From an uncultured Aliarcobacter sp. (GTDB lineage Bacteria > Campylobacterota > Campylobacteria > Campylobacterales > Arcobacteraceae), in contig CAXXLV010000002.1 of the NCBI GenBank assembly GCA_963664305.2, positions 576,001 through 640,000 on the forward strand: a stretch of 64,000 nucleotides of DNA, written 5' to 3'. The stretch's first letter is position 1; each line of letters opens with the position of its first letter. A program made the translations under genes and the position numbers. Shown in pieces: positions 21,051 through 31,129 of this stretch. The notes below the pieces were generated by a model. It made no database searches. It worked only from the letters and a program-made list of their open reading frames with translations, and had not been told where the DNA came from.

Positions 21051-22262
21051 TTACTTATCCAGCTCATATGCATCATGTAAAGCACGAACTGCTAATTCTG
21101 CATATTTTAAATCAATTATCATAGAGATTTTAATTTCACTTGTAGAAATAATTCTAATATTGATATTTTCATTTGCCATTGCTGTAAATGCTTTTGATGC
21201 AACTCCTGTATGAGATTTCATACCAACACCAACAATAGATACTTTACAAATAGATTCGTTGTAATCTATATTTTTAGCTTGAGGCTTAAATTGTTCCATA
21301 ACTTTTTTACAAATTTCAAAATCAGTAGTTGGAATTGTAAAGTCTAAATCAGTAGTACCATCTAATCCTCTTGTTTGAACAATCATATCAACATTGATAT
21401 TTGCATCAGCAAGAGCTGTAAAAATAGCAGAAGCAATACCAGGTTTATCAGTTACTCCATACATTCCTACTCTAATTTGGTTTTTATCTAAAGCAATTCC
21501 ACTAACAATTGGTTTTTCCATTATATTTTCTTCCTTTGTGATTAATGTACCATCAACTTCTGGCGTAAAGCTGCTTCTTGATACTAAATTTACATTTAAT
21601 TTTTTCGCCATTTCAACAGATCTGTTTTGTAATACTTTTGCACCTAAACTTGCTAATTCTAACATCTCATCATAAGAGATTTTTTCAAGTTTTTTTGCTT
21701 TTGGTTCAATTCTTGGATCTGTTGTATAAATACCATCAACATCAGTATAAATTTCACAAACATCAGCTTCAATAGCTCCAGCAATTGCAACAGCAGTTAA
21801 ATCACTTCCACCTCTACCTAAAGTTGAAACTCTTAAAGTATCTTGTGCAACACCTTGAAAACCTGCAACAATAATGATATTTCCTTCAGTTATTGCTTTT
21901 TTCATTTCTGTTGTGTCAATAGATTCAATTCTTGCTTTTGTATGAGCATTATCAGTGATAATTCCAGCTTGTCTTCCACTCATAGACATTGCTTTATATC
22001 CCATTTCATTTAAAGCAATAGATAAAAGTGCAGAAGTAACTCTTTCTCCTGAACTTAAAAGCATATCAATTTCATCTAACTTAGGAGTTTTAGAGTAATA
22101 TTCAGCATATTCAATTAATTTATTAGTTTCTCCACTCATAGCCGAAACAACAGCAATTACATCATGCCCTTCATCTTTTATTTTTTTGATGATATTTGCA
22201 ACATTTTGTATTCTATCAAGTGTACCAACACTTGTTCCACCAAACTTAAGTACTTTTAACAT
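21051..22262 (-). CDS. lysC: Aspartate kinase
   Basis: KFGGTSVG, LGRGGSD, DVDG..DPR, ACT domains. Confidence 0.97.
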   Translation of the reverse strand: MLKVLKFGGTSVGTLDRIQNVANIIKKIKDEGHDVIAVVSAMSGETNKLIEYAEYYSKTPKLDEIDMLLSSGERVTSALLSIALNEMGYKAMSMSGRQAGIITDNAHTKARIESIDTTEMKKAITEGNIIIVAGFQGVAQDTLRVSTLGRGGSDLTAVAIAGAIEADVCEIYTDVDGIYTTDPRIEPKAKKLEKISYDEMLELASLGAKVLQNRSVEMAKKLNVNLVSRSSFTPEVDGTLITKEENIMEKPIVSGIALDKNQIRVGMYGVTDKPGIASAIFTALADANINVDMIVQTRGLDGTTDLDFTIPTTDFEICKKVMEQFKPQAKNIDYNESICKVSIVGVGMKSHTGVASKAFTAMANENINIRIISTSEIKISMIIDLKYAELAVRALHDAYELDK

Positions 22263-22279
22263 TTAATTTTTTATCCTTT

Positions 22280-22777
22280 TTAAATATAACCTTCATTCTT
22301 AAAATATTTCAAAACTTGTTTATAAACAGTTCTTTTGAAAAAAGTTATATATTCATAAATATTTTTAGTAGGCACAAATTTATATTCGCTAAATTCAGGA
22401 ATTTCTGTATTAATATTTATTTTAGCGCCTTTTTTTAATTTCACTAGATAATATTTTTGTCTTTGTCCATCATAAGGATACATCCTTTTTGCAATTGCAG
22501 GAGGAAATTCATATGAAACCCAAGTAGGGTACTCTGCAATAATCTCAACATCTCTAGTTCCAATTTCTTCTTCAAGTTCCCTAAATAATGCTTCTTTTGA
22601 TGACTCACCATCATCAATTCCTCCTTGAGGAAATTGCCAAGCATTTTCTACATCAGTTCTTGAAGCAATAAATATTTCGCATTTATGAGGATATTTTGCT
22701 GATAGTACAATTGCGGCAACATTAGGTCTAAACTTTTTTTTCTCGTGGTTAATTGTATTTTCTCTTTTATCAGTCAT
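22280..22777 (-). CDS. rppH: RNA pyrophosphohydrolase (Nudix)
   Basis: RPNV, WQFPQGG...RELEEEIG Nudix box. Confidence 0.95.
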   Translation of the reverse strand: MTDKRENTINHEKKKFRPNVAAIVLSAKYPHKCEIFIASRTDVENAWQFPQGGIDDGESSKEALFRELEEEIGTRDVEIIAEYPTWVSYEFPPAIAKRMYPYDGQRQKYYLVKLKKGAKININTEIPEFSEYKFVPTKNIYEYITFFKRTVYKQVLKYFKNEGYI

Positions 22778-22832
22778 AAATATATTTTCCCTTATAATTA
22801 GCCAGATATTTTACAAAAACTAGGATTAAAAA

Positions 22833-23900
22833 TTGCTTTTATATATACACATTCCCTTCTGCGATAGTAAATGTTTTTACTGCGCTTTTAACTCATATAC
22901 TGATAGATTTTACCTAAAACAGGAATATATGAAGGCATTAAAAAAACAATTAAAATATAATTTAGATAATTATGTTTTAAAAAGAGATAAAAAAATTGAA
23001 ACAGTTTTTATAGGAGGAGGAACTCCTTCAACTATAAAAGCTTTTGAATATGAAGAAATTTTTTCGATGATAAAACCTTTTTTAACAGAATTTGCAGAAA
23101 TTACAACTGAAGCAAATCCTAATTCAGCATCTTTTGAATGGCTACAAAATATGAAAGATTTTGGAGTAAATCGTGTTAGCTTTGGAGTACAAAGTTTTGA
23201 AAATAATAAGCTTAAATTTCTAGGTCGTTCACATAATAGTAATAGTGCTATAAAAGCTATACAAAATGCAAATAGTATAGGTTTTAAAGGTATTAACTGT
23301 GATATAATTTATGGTGTTCAAGGAGACACGATAGAGAGTATAAAAAGTGATTTAGATGTTGCTTTTTCTCTTCCGATTACACATTTAAGTGCATATTCTC
23401 TTACTATTGAAGAAGGAACAAAGTTTTTTGATAGAAGTAGTGTAAAAATTGATGATGAAGAGTTGTCTTATGAGATATTTGATTATATTTCAAAAAAAGG
23501 TTTCAGTCAATATGAAATTTCAAATTTTGCAAAAAACAAAGAATCAGAATCAAAACATAATTATGGTTATTGGCAACATAAAGAGTATTTAGGAGTTGGT
23601 GCTGGAGCTGTTGGATATATTAATTCTCAAAGAGAATATCCAAGTAAAAGTATTGAAGAATATATTAATGACCCACTATTTTTTGAAATAGAAAAAATTG
23701 ATGAAGATGATGTAAAAACTGAAAAAATTTTACTTGGATTTAGATGTTCAAATGGAGTAGAATTAGAGCTTTTTAATGAAAAAGAAAAACAAAAAATTGA
23801 TGAATTAATACAATATAATAAGCTTTATATAGAAAATGAAAAAGTTTATAATAAAAACTTTTTGTTAGCTGATGAGTTAGCTTTATACATATTAGATTAA
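22833..23900 (+). CDS. hemW: Radical SAM heme chaperone HemW (HemN-like)
   Basis: YIHIPFCDSKCFYCAF, GGGTPS, YEISN, HNYGYW. Confidence 0.9.
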   Translation: MLLYIHIPFCDSKCFYCAFNSYTDRFYLKQEYMKALKKQLKYNLDNYVLKRDKKIETVFIGGGTPSTIKAFEYEEIFSMIKPFLTEFAEITTEANPNSASFEWLQNMKDFGVNRVSFGVQSFENNKLKFLGRSHNSNSAIKAIQNANSIGFKGINCDIIYGVQGDTIESIKSDLDVAFSLPITHLSAYSLTIEEGTKFFDRSSVKIDDEELSYEIFDYISKKGFSQYEISNFAKNKESESKHNYGYWQHKEYLGVGAGAVGYINSQREYPSKSIEEYINDPLFFEIEKIDEDDVKTEKILLGFRCSNGVELELFNEKEKQKIDELIQYNKLYIENEKVYNKNFLLADELALYILD

Positions 23901-23953
23901 TCTCTTAATTATTTTTATAATATAATCTAAACTTTTAAAAGGTAAATAAATTA

Positions 23954-24781
23954 ATGACGATAAAAGAAATTGTAAGAAAATATACAAATCAATTAAAATT
24001 AGTAACTCACATTCCTGCAAAAGAAGTTGAAATACTAATTATGCATCTACTAGATAAAAATGCTATTTGGCTTCATTTAAACTACAATCAGGAATTTTCA
24101 AAAGAAAAAGAACTTGAAGTTTTAGTAAAAAAAAGAGCTACAAATTATCCTTTGGAATACATTATAAATAAAGCTTCATTTTATGGTGAGATGTTCATTG
24201 TAAAAGAGGGGGTTTTAATTCCTAGACCTGAAACTGAAATTTTGGTTGAAAATGCTGTTGAAATCTTGAAAGATATTAAAGAGCCTATAAAAGTTTTAGA
24301 GATTGGAACAGGTAGTGGAATAATATCTGTAATGCTAGCTATGTTAATTGAAAATATTAAAATTATTGCAGTTGATATAAATGAAAAAGCATTAACTTTA
24401 GCAAAAGAAAATGCAATAAAACACAATGTTCAAGATAAAATTGAATTTAGGTTGAGTAATTTGTATGAAAATGTAAATGAAGATGATATCTTTCTTACAA
24501 TTTCAAATCCTCCGTACATAGCAGATGATTATAAATTACCTCAAAATGTTAAGTTTGAACCATCAAATGCACTTTTTGGAGGATTAGTTGGGGATGAACT
24601 TTTAAAAGATATTATAAAACAAACTAATGAGAAAAAAATTCCATATTTACTTTGTGAAATGGGATATGACCAAAAAACTCCTTTGGAAAACTATTTCAAA
24701 GAGTTTGAAGTTGAATCTTATAGTTTTTATAAAGATTATGAAAGTTTTGATAGAGGTTTTACTTTAAAATTTAAAAAATGA
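23954..24781 (+). CDS. prmC: Release factor glutamine methyltransferase
   Basis: LIPRPETE, GTGSG, SNPPY. Confidence 0.96.
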   Translation: MTIKEIVRKYTNQLKLVTHIPAKEVEILIMHLLDKNAIWLHLNYNQEFSKEKELEVLVKKRATNYPLEYIINKASFYGEMFIVKEGVLIPRPETEILVENAVEILKDIKEPIKVLEIGTGSGIISVMLAMLIENIKIIAVDINEKALTLAKENAIKHNVQDKIEFRLSNLYENVNEDDIFLTISNPPYIADDYKLPQNVKFEPSNALFGGLVGDELLKDIIKQTNEKKIPYLLCEMGYDQKTPLENYFKEFEVESYSFYKDYESFDRGFTLKFKK

Positions 24782-24795
24782 GAAAGGAATAAAAA

Positions 24796-26763
24796 ATGTT
24801 TAAAGAATTTGATTTAAGTAATTTAGAAAATAGTAAAGAATTATTAGAAAAGTTTTTAGATGAAAATAGAAAAAAAGTTGATGAGTTATTAAAGATAGAA
24901 AATAAAACTTATAAAAATTTTGTTTTACCTTTTCAAGAAATAGGGGAGAGTATAAATGATTTTTTAACTCCAATCTTTCATATAGACTCTGTTAAAAATT
25001 CAGAAATAACTACAAAAGTTTATGAAGAGTGTATTCCAGTTATCTCAAAATATGAAACAGAAATTTCTCAAAATGAAAACATATATCTAGCTTTTAAAGA
25101 TATACAGTCTAAAGAAAAAAGTACTTTAAATGATATACAAAATAAAGTTTTAGAAAATGAAATTAGAGACTTTAAACTTTCAGGTTGTCATCTTGAAAAT
25201 GATAAAAAGAAAAGATTAGAAGAAATAAGTCTAAGACTTAGTGAAATTTCTCATAAGTTTTCACAAAATCTTTTAAATGCTACAAAATCTTTTGAAATGA
25301 TAATTGATAATTTTGAAGATGTAAAAGAAATCCCAGCTTCTGACTTAGAATTAGCAAAATTTGAAGAAGAAGGAATTACAAAATATAAATTTACATTACA
25401 AATGCCATCTTATTTAGCATACATTACTTATGGAACATCTAGAGAAAAAAGAGAAGAAATATATAAAGCATATTGTACCAGAGCACCAGAAAATGGAAAA
25501 ATAATAGAAGAACTTTTAGCTTTAAAAGATGAAAAAGTAAAAATCTTAGGTTTTGAAAACTATGCTCAATATTCACTTGCTACAAAAATGGCTTCAAAAG
25601 AAGAAGATGTTGTTTCATTTTTGGAAGAATTAGGAAGTAAAGCTAAAAACAAAGCTAAAGAAGAACTTGAAGAGATAAAAGCTCTTGCTTTAAAAGATGG
25701 AATAACAGATTTTAGATCTAGTGATATGTCATATTATTCTGAGAAATTAAAAAAAGCTCAATATGATTTAGATGAAGAATATTATAGACCATATTTTGAA
25801 CAACAATCAGTTTTAAATGGATTTTTTGATTTTTTACATCAAATGTTTAATATCAAATTTACAAAAGCAAATACTCCTGCTTGGGATGAAAAAGTAAAAG
25901 TATATGATTTAAGTGAAGATGGAAAAATTGTTGCTAGAATTTATATAGATTTAGAAGCTAGAAAAGAGAAGCGTGGTGGTGCATGGATGAATAATTGGCA
26001 TACATACCATAGAAACTCAAATGGTGAGATCAAACTTCCAACAGCATATATTGTAGGAAACTTCCCTCAATCTACAGAAGAAACTCCTTCATTATTAAGA
26101 CATTCAGATGTTGTAACACTTTTCCATGAGATGGGTCATGCATTACATCATCTTTTAAGTAAAATTGAAGAGCCATTTGTTAGTGGAATTTCTGGTGTTG
26201 CTTGGGATACAGTAGAATTTCCATCACAATTCTTAGAATATTTCTCTTATGATAAAGATGTTTTAAAACTTTTTGCAAAACATTATCAAACAGGAGAAGT
26301 TTTAGATGATGCAGCTATTGATAGAATTATAAAAGCTAAAAATTTTCAATCTTCTTTAGCAACTGTAAGACAAGTTGAATTTGCATTGTTTGATTTTAAA
26401 CTACATCAAAAATTATACAAAACTGAAGAAGAGATACAAAATTTATTGGATTCAGTAAGAGAAAAATTCTCAGCAATGATACCTCCAAGATATAATAAAT
26501 TCCAAAATGGTTTTTCTCATATCTTTAGTGGAGGATATTCTGCTGGATATTACTCATATAAATGGGCAGAAGTTTTAAGTGCAGATGCATTTTATATGTT
26601 TATTGATTCAGGAAATATTTTTAACAAAGAGTTAGGAATTAAATATAGAGATACGATTTTAAGCCAAGGTGGTTCGTATGATATGGATAAATTATTTTTC
26701 AATTTTGCACAAAGAGAACCAAGTGTTGATTCTTTATTAAAAATTGATGGAATTATTAGCTAA
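24796..26763 (+). CDS. prlC: M3 family oligopeptidase A
   Basis: KRGGAWM, HEMGH, VEFPSQ, GYSAGYYSYKW. Confidence 0.93.
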   Translation: MFKEFDLSNLENSKELLEKFLDENRKKVDELLKIENKTYKNFVLPFQEIGESINDFLTPIFHIDSVKNSEITTKVYEECIPVISKYETEISQNENIYLAFKDIQSKEKSTLNDIQNKVLENEIRDFKLSGCHLENDKKKRLEEISLRLSEISHKFSQNLLNATKSFEMIIDNFEDVKEIPASDLELAKFEEEGITKYKFTLQMPSYLAYITYGTSREKREEIYKAYCTRAPENGKIIEELLALKDEKVKILGFENYAQYSLATKMASKEEDVVSFLEELGSKAKNKAKEELEEIKALALKDGITDFRSSDMSYYSEKLKKAQYDLDEEYYRPYFEQQSVLNGFFDFLHQMFNIKFTKANTPAWDEKVKVYDLSEDGKIVARIYIDLEARKEKRGGAWMNNWHTYHRNSNGEIKLPTAYIVGNFPQSTEETPSLLRHSDVVTLFHEMGHALHHLLSKIEEPFVSGISGVAWDTVEFPSQFLEYFSYDKDVLKLFAKHYQTGEVLDDAAIDRIIKAKNFQSSLATVRQVEFALFDFKLHQKLYKTEEEIQNLLDSVREKFSAMIPPRYNKFQNGFSHIFSGGYSAGYYSYKWAEVLSADAFYMFIDSGNIFNKELGIKYRDTILSQGGSYDMDKLFFNFAQREPSVDSLLKIDGIIS

Positions 26764-26815
26764 ATTTTGTAATAATACGGCTTTTAATAATATATACCAA
26801 CGGGGATTTAATAAC

Positions 26816-27277
26816 ATGACAAACGCAGAAACAATTTCAAAATTAAATAACGCTTTAAGTACTTTAATTAAGGCATATGAAGAACTTCAAGATGAAAATA
26901 ATAATTTGAAAAGTAGAATTAATGAATTAGAAGATGAAGTTTTAGAATTAGAAGCGGCAAAAGAAGATTTAGAGAAAAATGTTGATGAGTTTAAAAATCA
27001 TACTCAAGAAGATAAATCAAATATTAGTTCTATGTTAGGTAAAATAGAAAGTATTTTAAATAGAAAAATTGGTGATTCTACACCTTCAAGTTCAACAGCT
27101 ACAAAAGTTGAAGATAAAAAAGAAGAGGAAGAAGTAAAAGAAGAACCAAATATTTTAAATACAAATCCAAACTCTTTTGAAAATGTATTACAAAAAGAAG
27201 AAGCAAAAGAAGAATCAAATAGTAATAAAATAGATTTAAATAGAATGGCTTCTTTATTAAATGGTTTTAATCATTAA
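26816..27277 (+). CDS. Coiled-coil hypothetical protein (ZapB-like N-half)
   Basis: Heptad-rich N-half ending ISSMLGKIESIL, then an acidic disordered tail; ATG at 26816 behind a GGGG RBS. Confidence 0.65.
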   Translation: MTNAETISKLNNALSTLIKAYEELQDENNNLKSRINELEDEVLELEAAKEDLEKNVDEFKNHTQEDKSNISSMLGKIESILNRKIGDSTPSSSTATKVEDKKEEEEVKEEPNILNTNPNSFENVLQKEEAKEESNSNKIDLNRMASLLNGFNH

Positions 27278-27294
27278 TAAAAGAATTTGAATTT

Positions 27295-27573
27295 ATGATT
27301 ATTTCTGTAGATAAGGATTCTTTATTTAATATATTTGGAGTTAGTAGTTTCAATTCTTTAGAAAATAAGATTGATTCTATGGCTCCTTCATTAGTAGAGT
27401 ATCATTTATCAAATTTTTACAATTATAACAATGACAATGTATATTTTAACAAACGAGATGTTGAAGAGAGCGTTTCAATTGGAGAATACAATTTGTATTT
27501 TGATTATAATGAGAATATTTATTTAGAAGTTACTGAATCAAACTTAGATGATAATACTCAAACTCTTTGGTAA
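27295..27573 (+). CDS. Hypothetical acidic protein
   Basis: 92-aa ORF in operon order. Confidence 0.6.
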   Translation: MIISVDKDSLFNIFGVSSFNSLENKIDSMAPSLVEYHLSNFYNYNNDNVYFNKRDVEESVSIGEYNLYFDYNENIYLEVTESNLDDNTQTLW

Positions 27574-27930
27574 TTAAGAGTTTGATATTATCATATTTTC
27601 AATGCCATTACATAATCCAATATGTGGTAATAAAATAAATTCTAATTCAGGATATTGTTTTTTGAATTTTTTTATTTCACAAGGAATATCTTCTAAAACA
27701 TGTTTTCCTGCAGCTAAAAAATAAGGAAATATTTTTATTTTTTTACAGTTTTTATTTATTGCATTATTTATAGTTATAAATAAAGATGGTTCACTTAGTT
27801 CTAAAAAAGCATGAAAAACATGAAGATTTGTATTTTCATTTGACTCTTTAATTTTTTCTACAATTGTTACGATTTCATCATTTGAACTTTTCATTTTACT
27901 ACCATGAGCTACAATTATTAAAGCTTCCAT
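27574..27930 (-). CDS. CbiX/SirB family small chelatase
   Basis: IVAHGS, AFLELSEP, PYFLAAGKHVLEDIP. Confidence 0.88.
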   Translation of the reverse strand: MEALIIVAHGSKMKSSNDEIVTIVEKIKESNENTNLHVFHAFLELSEPSLFITINNAINKNCKKIKIFPYFLAAGKHVLEDIPCEIKKFKKQYPELEFILLPHIGLCNGIENMIISNS

Positions 27931-27983
27931 TCTTCCATCCTTTCTCTTAAATTAAATATTTATTTATATTACAGAAATATTAT

Positions 27984-29036
27984 TTAAAATATCTCTGTAG
28001 TTTTACGTAATCTTTCTTTATCAAAGTGTGTATAAATTCTAGATGTATTAATATCTGCATGACCTAAAGCTTCTTGAACAAGTATTAAATCATGATGTTT
28101 TGCATAAAGTAGGGTTGCAAAACTATGTCTTAACATATGTGCACCATTTTTTTCTTTTCTTATTCCTGCACTTATTAAAATATTTTCAACAATTCTACTT
28201 ATGTATGCTTGAGTTAATCTTTCACCTTTTTGATTACAAACTAACAAATCACTATTACAAACTCGCATATCTAACCAATTTCTTAAATCATTCTCAATAA
28301 TTGAGCTTTTTATCATTACAACTCTTGGTTTATTACCTTTTCCTCTAATTTGAAGTAAATAAATATTGTCTTCTTTGAACATATCTTTAATTTTTAAATT
28401 AAGTATCTCACTAACCCTAATTCCCGTATAAATTATAATTTTTAATATTAATCTATTTCGATAAGAAGTATTATCAGAAAACTCAAAAGTATCAATTGCA
28501 TTTAAAAATCTATCAATTTCATCTTTATTCATAAAAGAGGGTAGTTTTGTGCCACTTTTCCCACTTAAACCTCCCCAATTTTTTAATTCAATTTTAAATA
28601 AATATGAACTTCCATCTTCATTTTGATTTTGTTTATCTATATATGAAAATAGTGATAATAGGGCAATTCTATGGTTTTTTTTAGAGGCATCAGACAATGA
28701 GCTAGTTTCACTAGCTAAAAAATCACTAAGTAATTCTTCATCTATTTCTCTCATTGAAGCAAGTCCAAGAGTTATAATGAAATTGTATAGTTTAAATAGG
28801 GGATTAAAATATGTATTAACTCCTGCTAAACCAATATTTCTAGCTTCTTTGACTATAGTTGCTAATTCATCAATAGATTTACTTCCTTTTACTAATTGTT
28901 GAATTATTGAAGCTAATTTTTCTTTATCTGTAACTTGTCTATTTGATAATGTTGTAAGTTTATTTCTAACAAATCTTTCAATCCAAAATAAAAATGTATC
29001 GTTGAAATTATTCTTAAAATCTAAATCATATCTCAT
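27984..29036 (-). CDS. xerH: Tyrosine recombinase XerH
   Basis: TGIRVSE, GKGNK, HMLRHSFAT, LGHADINTSRIY; N-terminus LFWIERFVRNKLTTLSN resembles Helicobacter XerH; adjacent difH. Confidence 0.92.
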   Translation of the reverse strand: MRYDLDFKNNFNDTFLFWIERFVRNKLTTLSNRQVTDKEKLASIIQQLVKGSKSIDELATIVKEARNIGLAGVNTYFNPLFKLYNFIITLGLASMREIDEELLSDFLASETSSLSDASKKNHRIALLSLFSYIDKQNQNEDGSSYLFKIELKNWGGLSGKSGTKLPSFMNKDEIDRFLNAIDTFEFSDNTSYRNRLILKIIIYTGIRVSEILNLKIKDMFKEDNIYLLQIRGKGNKPRVVMIKSSIIENDLRNWLDMRVCNSDLLVCNQKGERLTQAYISRIVENILISAGIRKEKNGAHMLRHSFATLLYAKHHDLILVQEALGHADINTSRIYTHFDKERLRKTTEIF

Positions 29037-29091
29037 TTTAATCCTAATCAATTAATATATAATGAAAGTATTATATCAGAAGATATATTTA

Positions 29092-29125
29092 TTTTAGTTT
29101 GAAAATTATAGTTTTCAATACTAAT
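29092..29125. other. difH chromosome dimer resolution site
   Basis: Minus strand TTAGTATTGAAAA-CTATAA-TTTTCAAACTAAAA: inverted arms, 6-bp centre, asymmetric arms as recalled for Campylobacter/Helicobacter difH. Confidence 0.88.
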
Positions 29126-29136
29126 ATAAATTTTTA

Positions 29137-29418
29137 TTAATCTAAATTACATCCTTGGTAAATTCCTGAAATAATTCTTGAACAATATCCTGTTAAGATT
29201 GTTTTTCTTTCCATTTTAAAATTAGGATCTGCAATTAATATTATTTCTCCTAAATTAAAATCATTTATTAAAATTTTAATGTATGATTTTGATTTAGTAT
29301 AATCTAAGATTTTTCCTTTTATTGGATAATATCTAAATACTGTAGAACTATCTGCATTTAAACTGAAACTACAAAATGCAAAATAAATAGAAAATAAAAA
29401 AATAAATTTATTAAACAT
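29137..29418 (-). CDS. Hypothetical exported protein
   Basis: Signal peptide-like N-terminus ending SLNA, 93 aa. Confidence 0.6.
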   Translation of the reverse strand: MFNKFIFLFSIYFAFCSFSLNADSSTVFRYYPIKGKILDYTKSKSYIKILINDFNLGEIILIADPNFKMERKTILTGYCSRIISGIYQGCNLD

Positions 29419-29433
29419 TCTATACCTTTCTTT

Positions 29434-30024
29434 TTATTTTGAATTAATTATTAACTTATCAGCCATTTCTTTTAATCTTTTAGCATAGTCTTTTATTAAG
29501 TCATTTGTAGGAATTATTGCTTGCCAATCTAATACTTTTGCTCCAATAGAAATTGATGCTTCTTCCATATACATTCTTGCCATATAAAAACTATGATTCA
29601 TAAAATATTTTGTAGTATTATAGTTTATTAAAATAGAAGTTTTATCTAAAATTGTTTTTCTTGGAGTTGAATGAGTTTGACTATATGGCCAATAATGATA
29701 TGCTATCAACCTACTTTCAACTTTTTCAAATAATCTATTTCTATTAAATAAATCATTTCTATCAGCTACAATTACAAATGCAGTAGCTTCTTCAATTTTG
29801 TCAAGTAAATCATTCATATCATCTTTTATAACGCATTTTGTAGGACTATCACTTTTTATTAAAGTACAACATCTACATTGGGTACATTTAACAATTTTGA
29901 AATCTTTAAATTTTATTCTTTCATTTTTTATATTTAAAGAATCAAAATAATTTATGAGAAAATTTATTATATCTTCAATATTTTTATCTGATTTCTCAGT
30001 GCAATCAATTATTTTTATAAACAT
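29434..30024 (-). CDS. Flavodoxin-like / iron-sulfur flavoprotein family protein
   Basis: CTQCRCC-x9-CVIKDDM motif typical of the Isf/FMN-reductase family. Confidence 0.7.
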   Translation of the reverse strand: MFIKIIDCTEKSDKNIEDIINFLINYFDSLNIKNERIKFKDFKIVKCTQCRCCTLIKSDSPTKCVIKDDMNDLLDKIEEATAFVIVADRNDLFNRNRLFEKVESRLIAYHYWPYSQTHSTPRKTILDKTSILINYNTTKYFMNHSFYMARMYMEEASISIGAKVLDWQAIIPTNDLIKDYAKRLKEMADKLIINSK

Positions 30025-30034
30025 TTAAAAGATA

Positions 30035-31108
30035 TTACCTCTTTTTCCCTCTTGAAAAATCTATAATGTATTCTGCAATTTCATCTAAATGAACGATATC
30101 TTTTACCGCTCCTGCTTGAATTGCTTTCATTGGCATTCCAAAAACTACACAACTCTCTTCATTTTGTGCAACTGTATACGCACCATTATCATGTAATTCT
30201 TTCATTGCAATTGTACCGTCATCACCCATTCCAGTCATCATAACAGCCATCGCAGCTCCACCAACAGCATTATTTACAGATCTAAATAAAACATCCACAC
30301 TTGGTTTATGTTGACTTACTTTTTTTGTATCTAATAATTTTGTTCTATATTCATTTGCATATTTCTCAATTGTAAGATGCATATTTCCTGGTGCTAAATA
30401 AGCGTGCCCTTTTTCTAATACCATTCCATCTTTTGCTTCACACACTTCAACATCAGAATTATCATTTAATCTATGAGCAAAAGAGTTAGAAAATCCATAT
30501 GGAATATGCTGAGTAATTAATATTGGAGGTAAATCTCCTGGAAGTTTTCTAAAAACTCTTAATAATGACTCTACTCCACCTGTTGAAGAACCAATTGCTA
30601 TTAGTCTCATACCTGGAAATTTTGCTGCTCTTAATGGTATTACTTCATCTGGATGAACTTTATATTCTATATTATTTAATATCTTATTACTCTTTTTTAA
30701 AGCAGGTGGCTTTTTTAGAGTATATCTTTTTAATAAGAATGTCAAATTTAAAAGAGTATCTTTTATTCTATCTGAAAATGAGTTCATTGATTCACCAGTA
30801 TCAGGTTTTGGAATAAACCCTACTGCACCATCATCAAAAATATCATTTCCTCTTACACTTTCTCCTGATATTACAACTGCTGGCATTGGATGTAATCTCA
30901 TTAAGTTTCTTAAAAATGTAACTCCATCCATTTTAGGCATATTAATATCAATAGTTACTAAATCAGGCTCATATTCTTTGATTTTTTCTCTTGCATCATA
31001 GGCATCTGTTGCAACACCTATAACTTCAAATTCATCTATAGAATTAATCATATCTTTTATGATTCTTCTCATAGAAGGTGAGTCATCTATAACTAATACT
31101 GTATACAC
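30035..31108 (-). CDS. cheB: Chemotaxis methylesterase CheB
   Basis: Receiver domain plus GSSTGG, QH, HKPSVDVLF, TGMGDDG. Confidence 0.97.
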   Translation of the reverse strand: MYTVLVIDDSPSMRRIIKDMINSIDEFEVIGVATDAYDAREKIKEYEPDLVTIDINMPKMDGVTFLRNLMRLHPMPAVVISGESVRGNDIFDDGAVGFIPKPDTGESMNSFSDRIKDTLLNLTFLLKRYTLKKPPALKKSNKILNNIEYKVHPDEVIPLRAAKFPGMRLIAIGSSTGGVESLLRVFRKLPGDLPPILITQHIPYGFSNSFAHRLNDNSDVEVCEAKDGMVLEKGHAYLAPGNMHLTIEKYANEYRTKLLDTKKVSQHKPSVDVLFRSVNNAVGGAAMAVMMTGMGDDGTIAMKELHDNGAYTVAQNEESCVVFGMPMKAIQAGAVKDIVHLDEIAEYIIDFSRGKKR

Positions 31109-31129
31109 TTATAACATCCTACCCTATTT

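Noticed and set aside
27984..29036. Tyrosine recombinase as a prophage or island integrase
   Set aside because: XerH-type N-terminus and adjacent difH; no att repeats, tRNA or phage genes.
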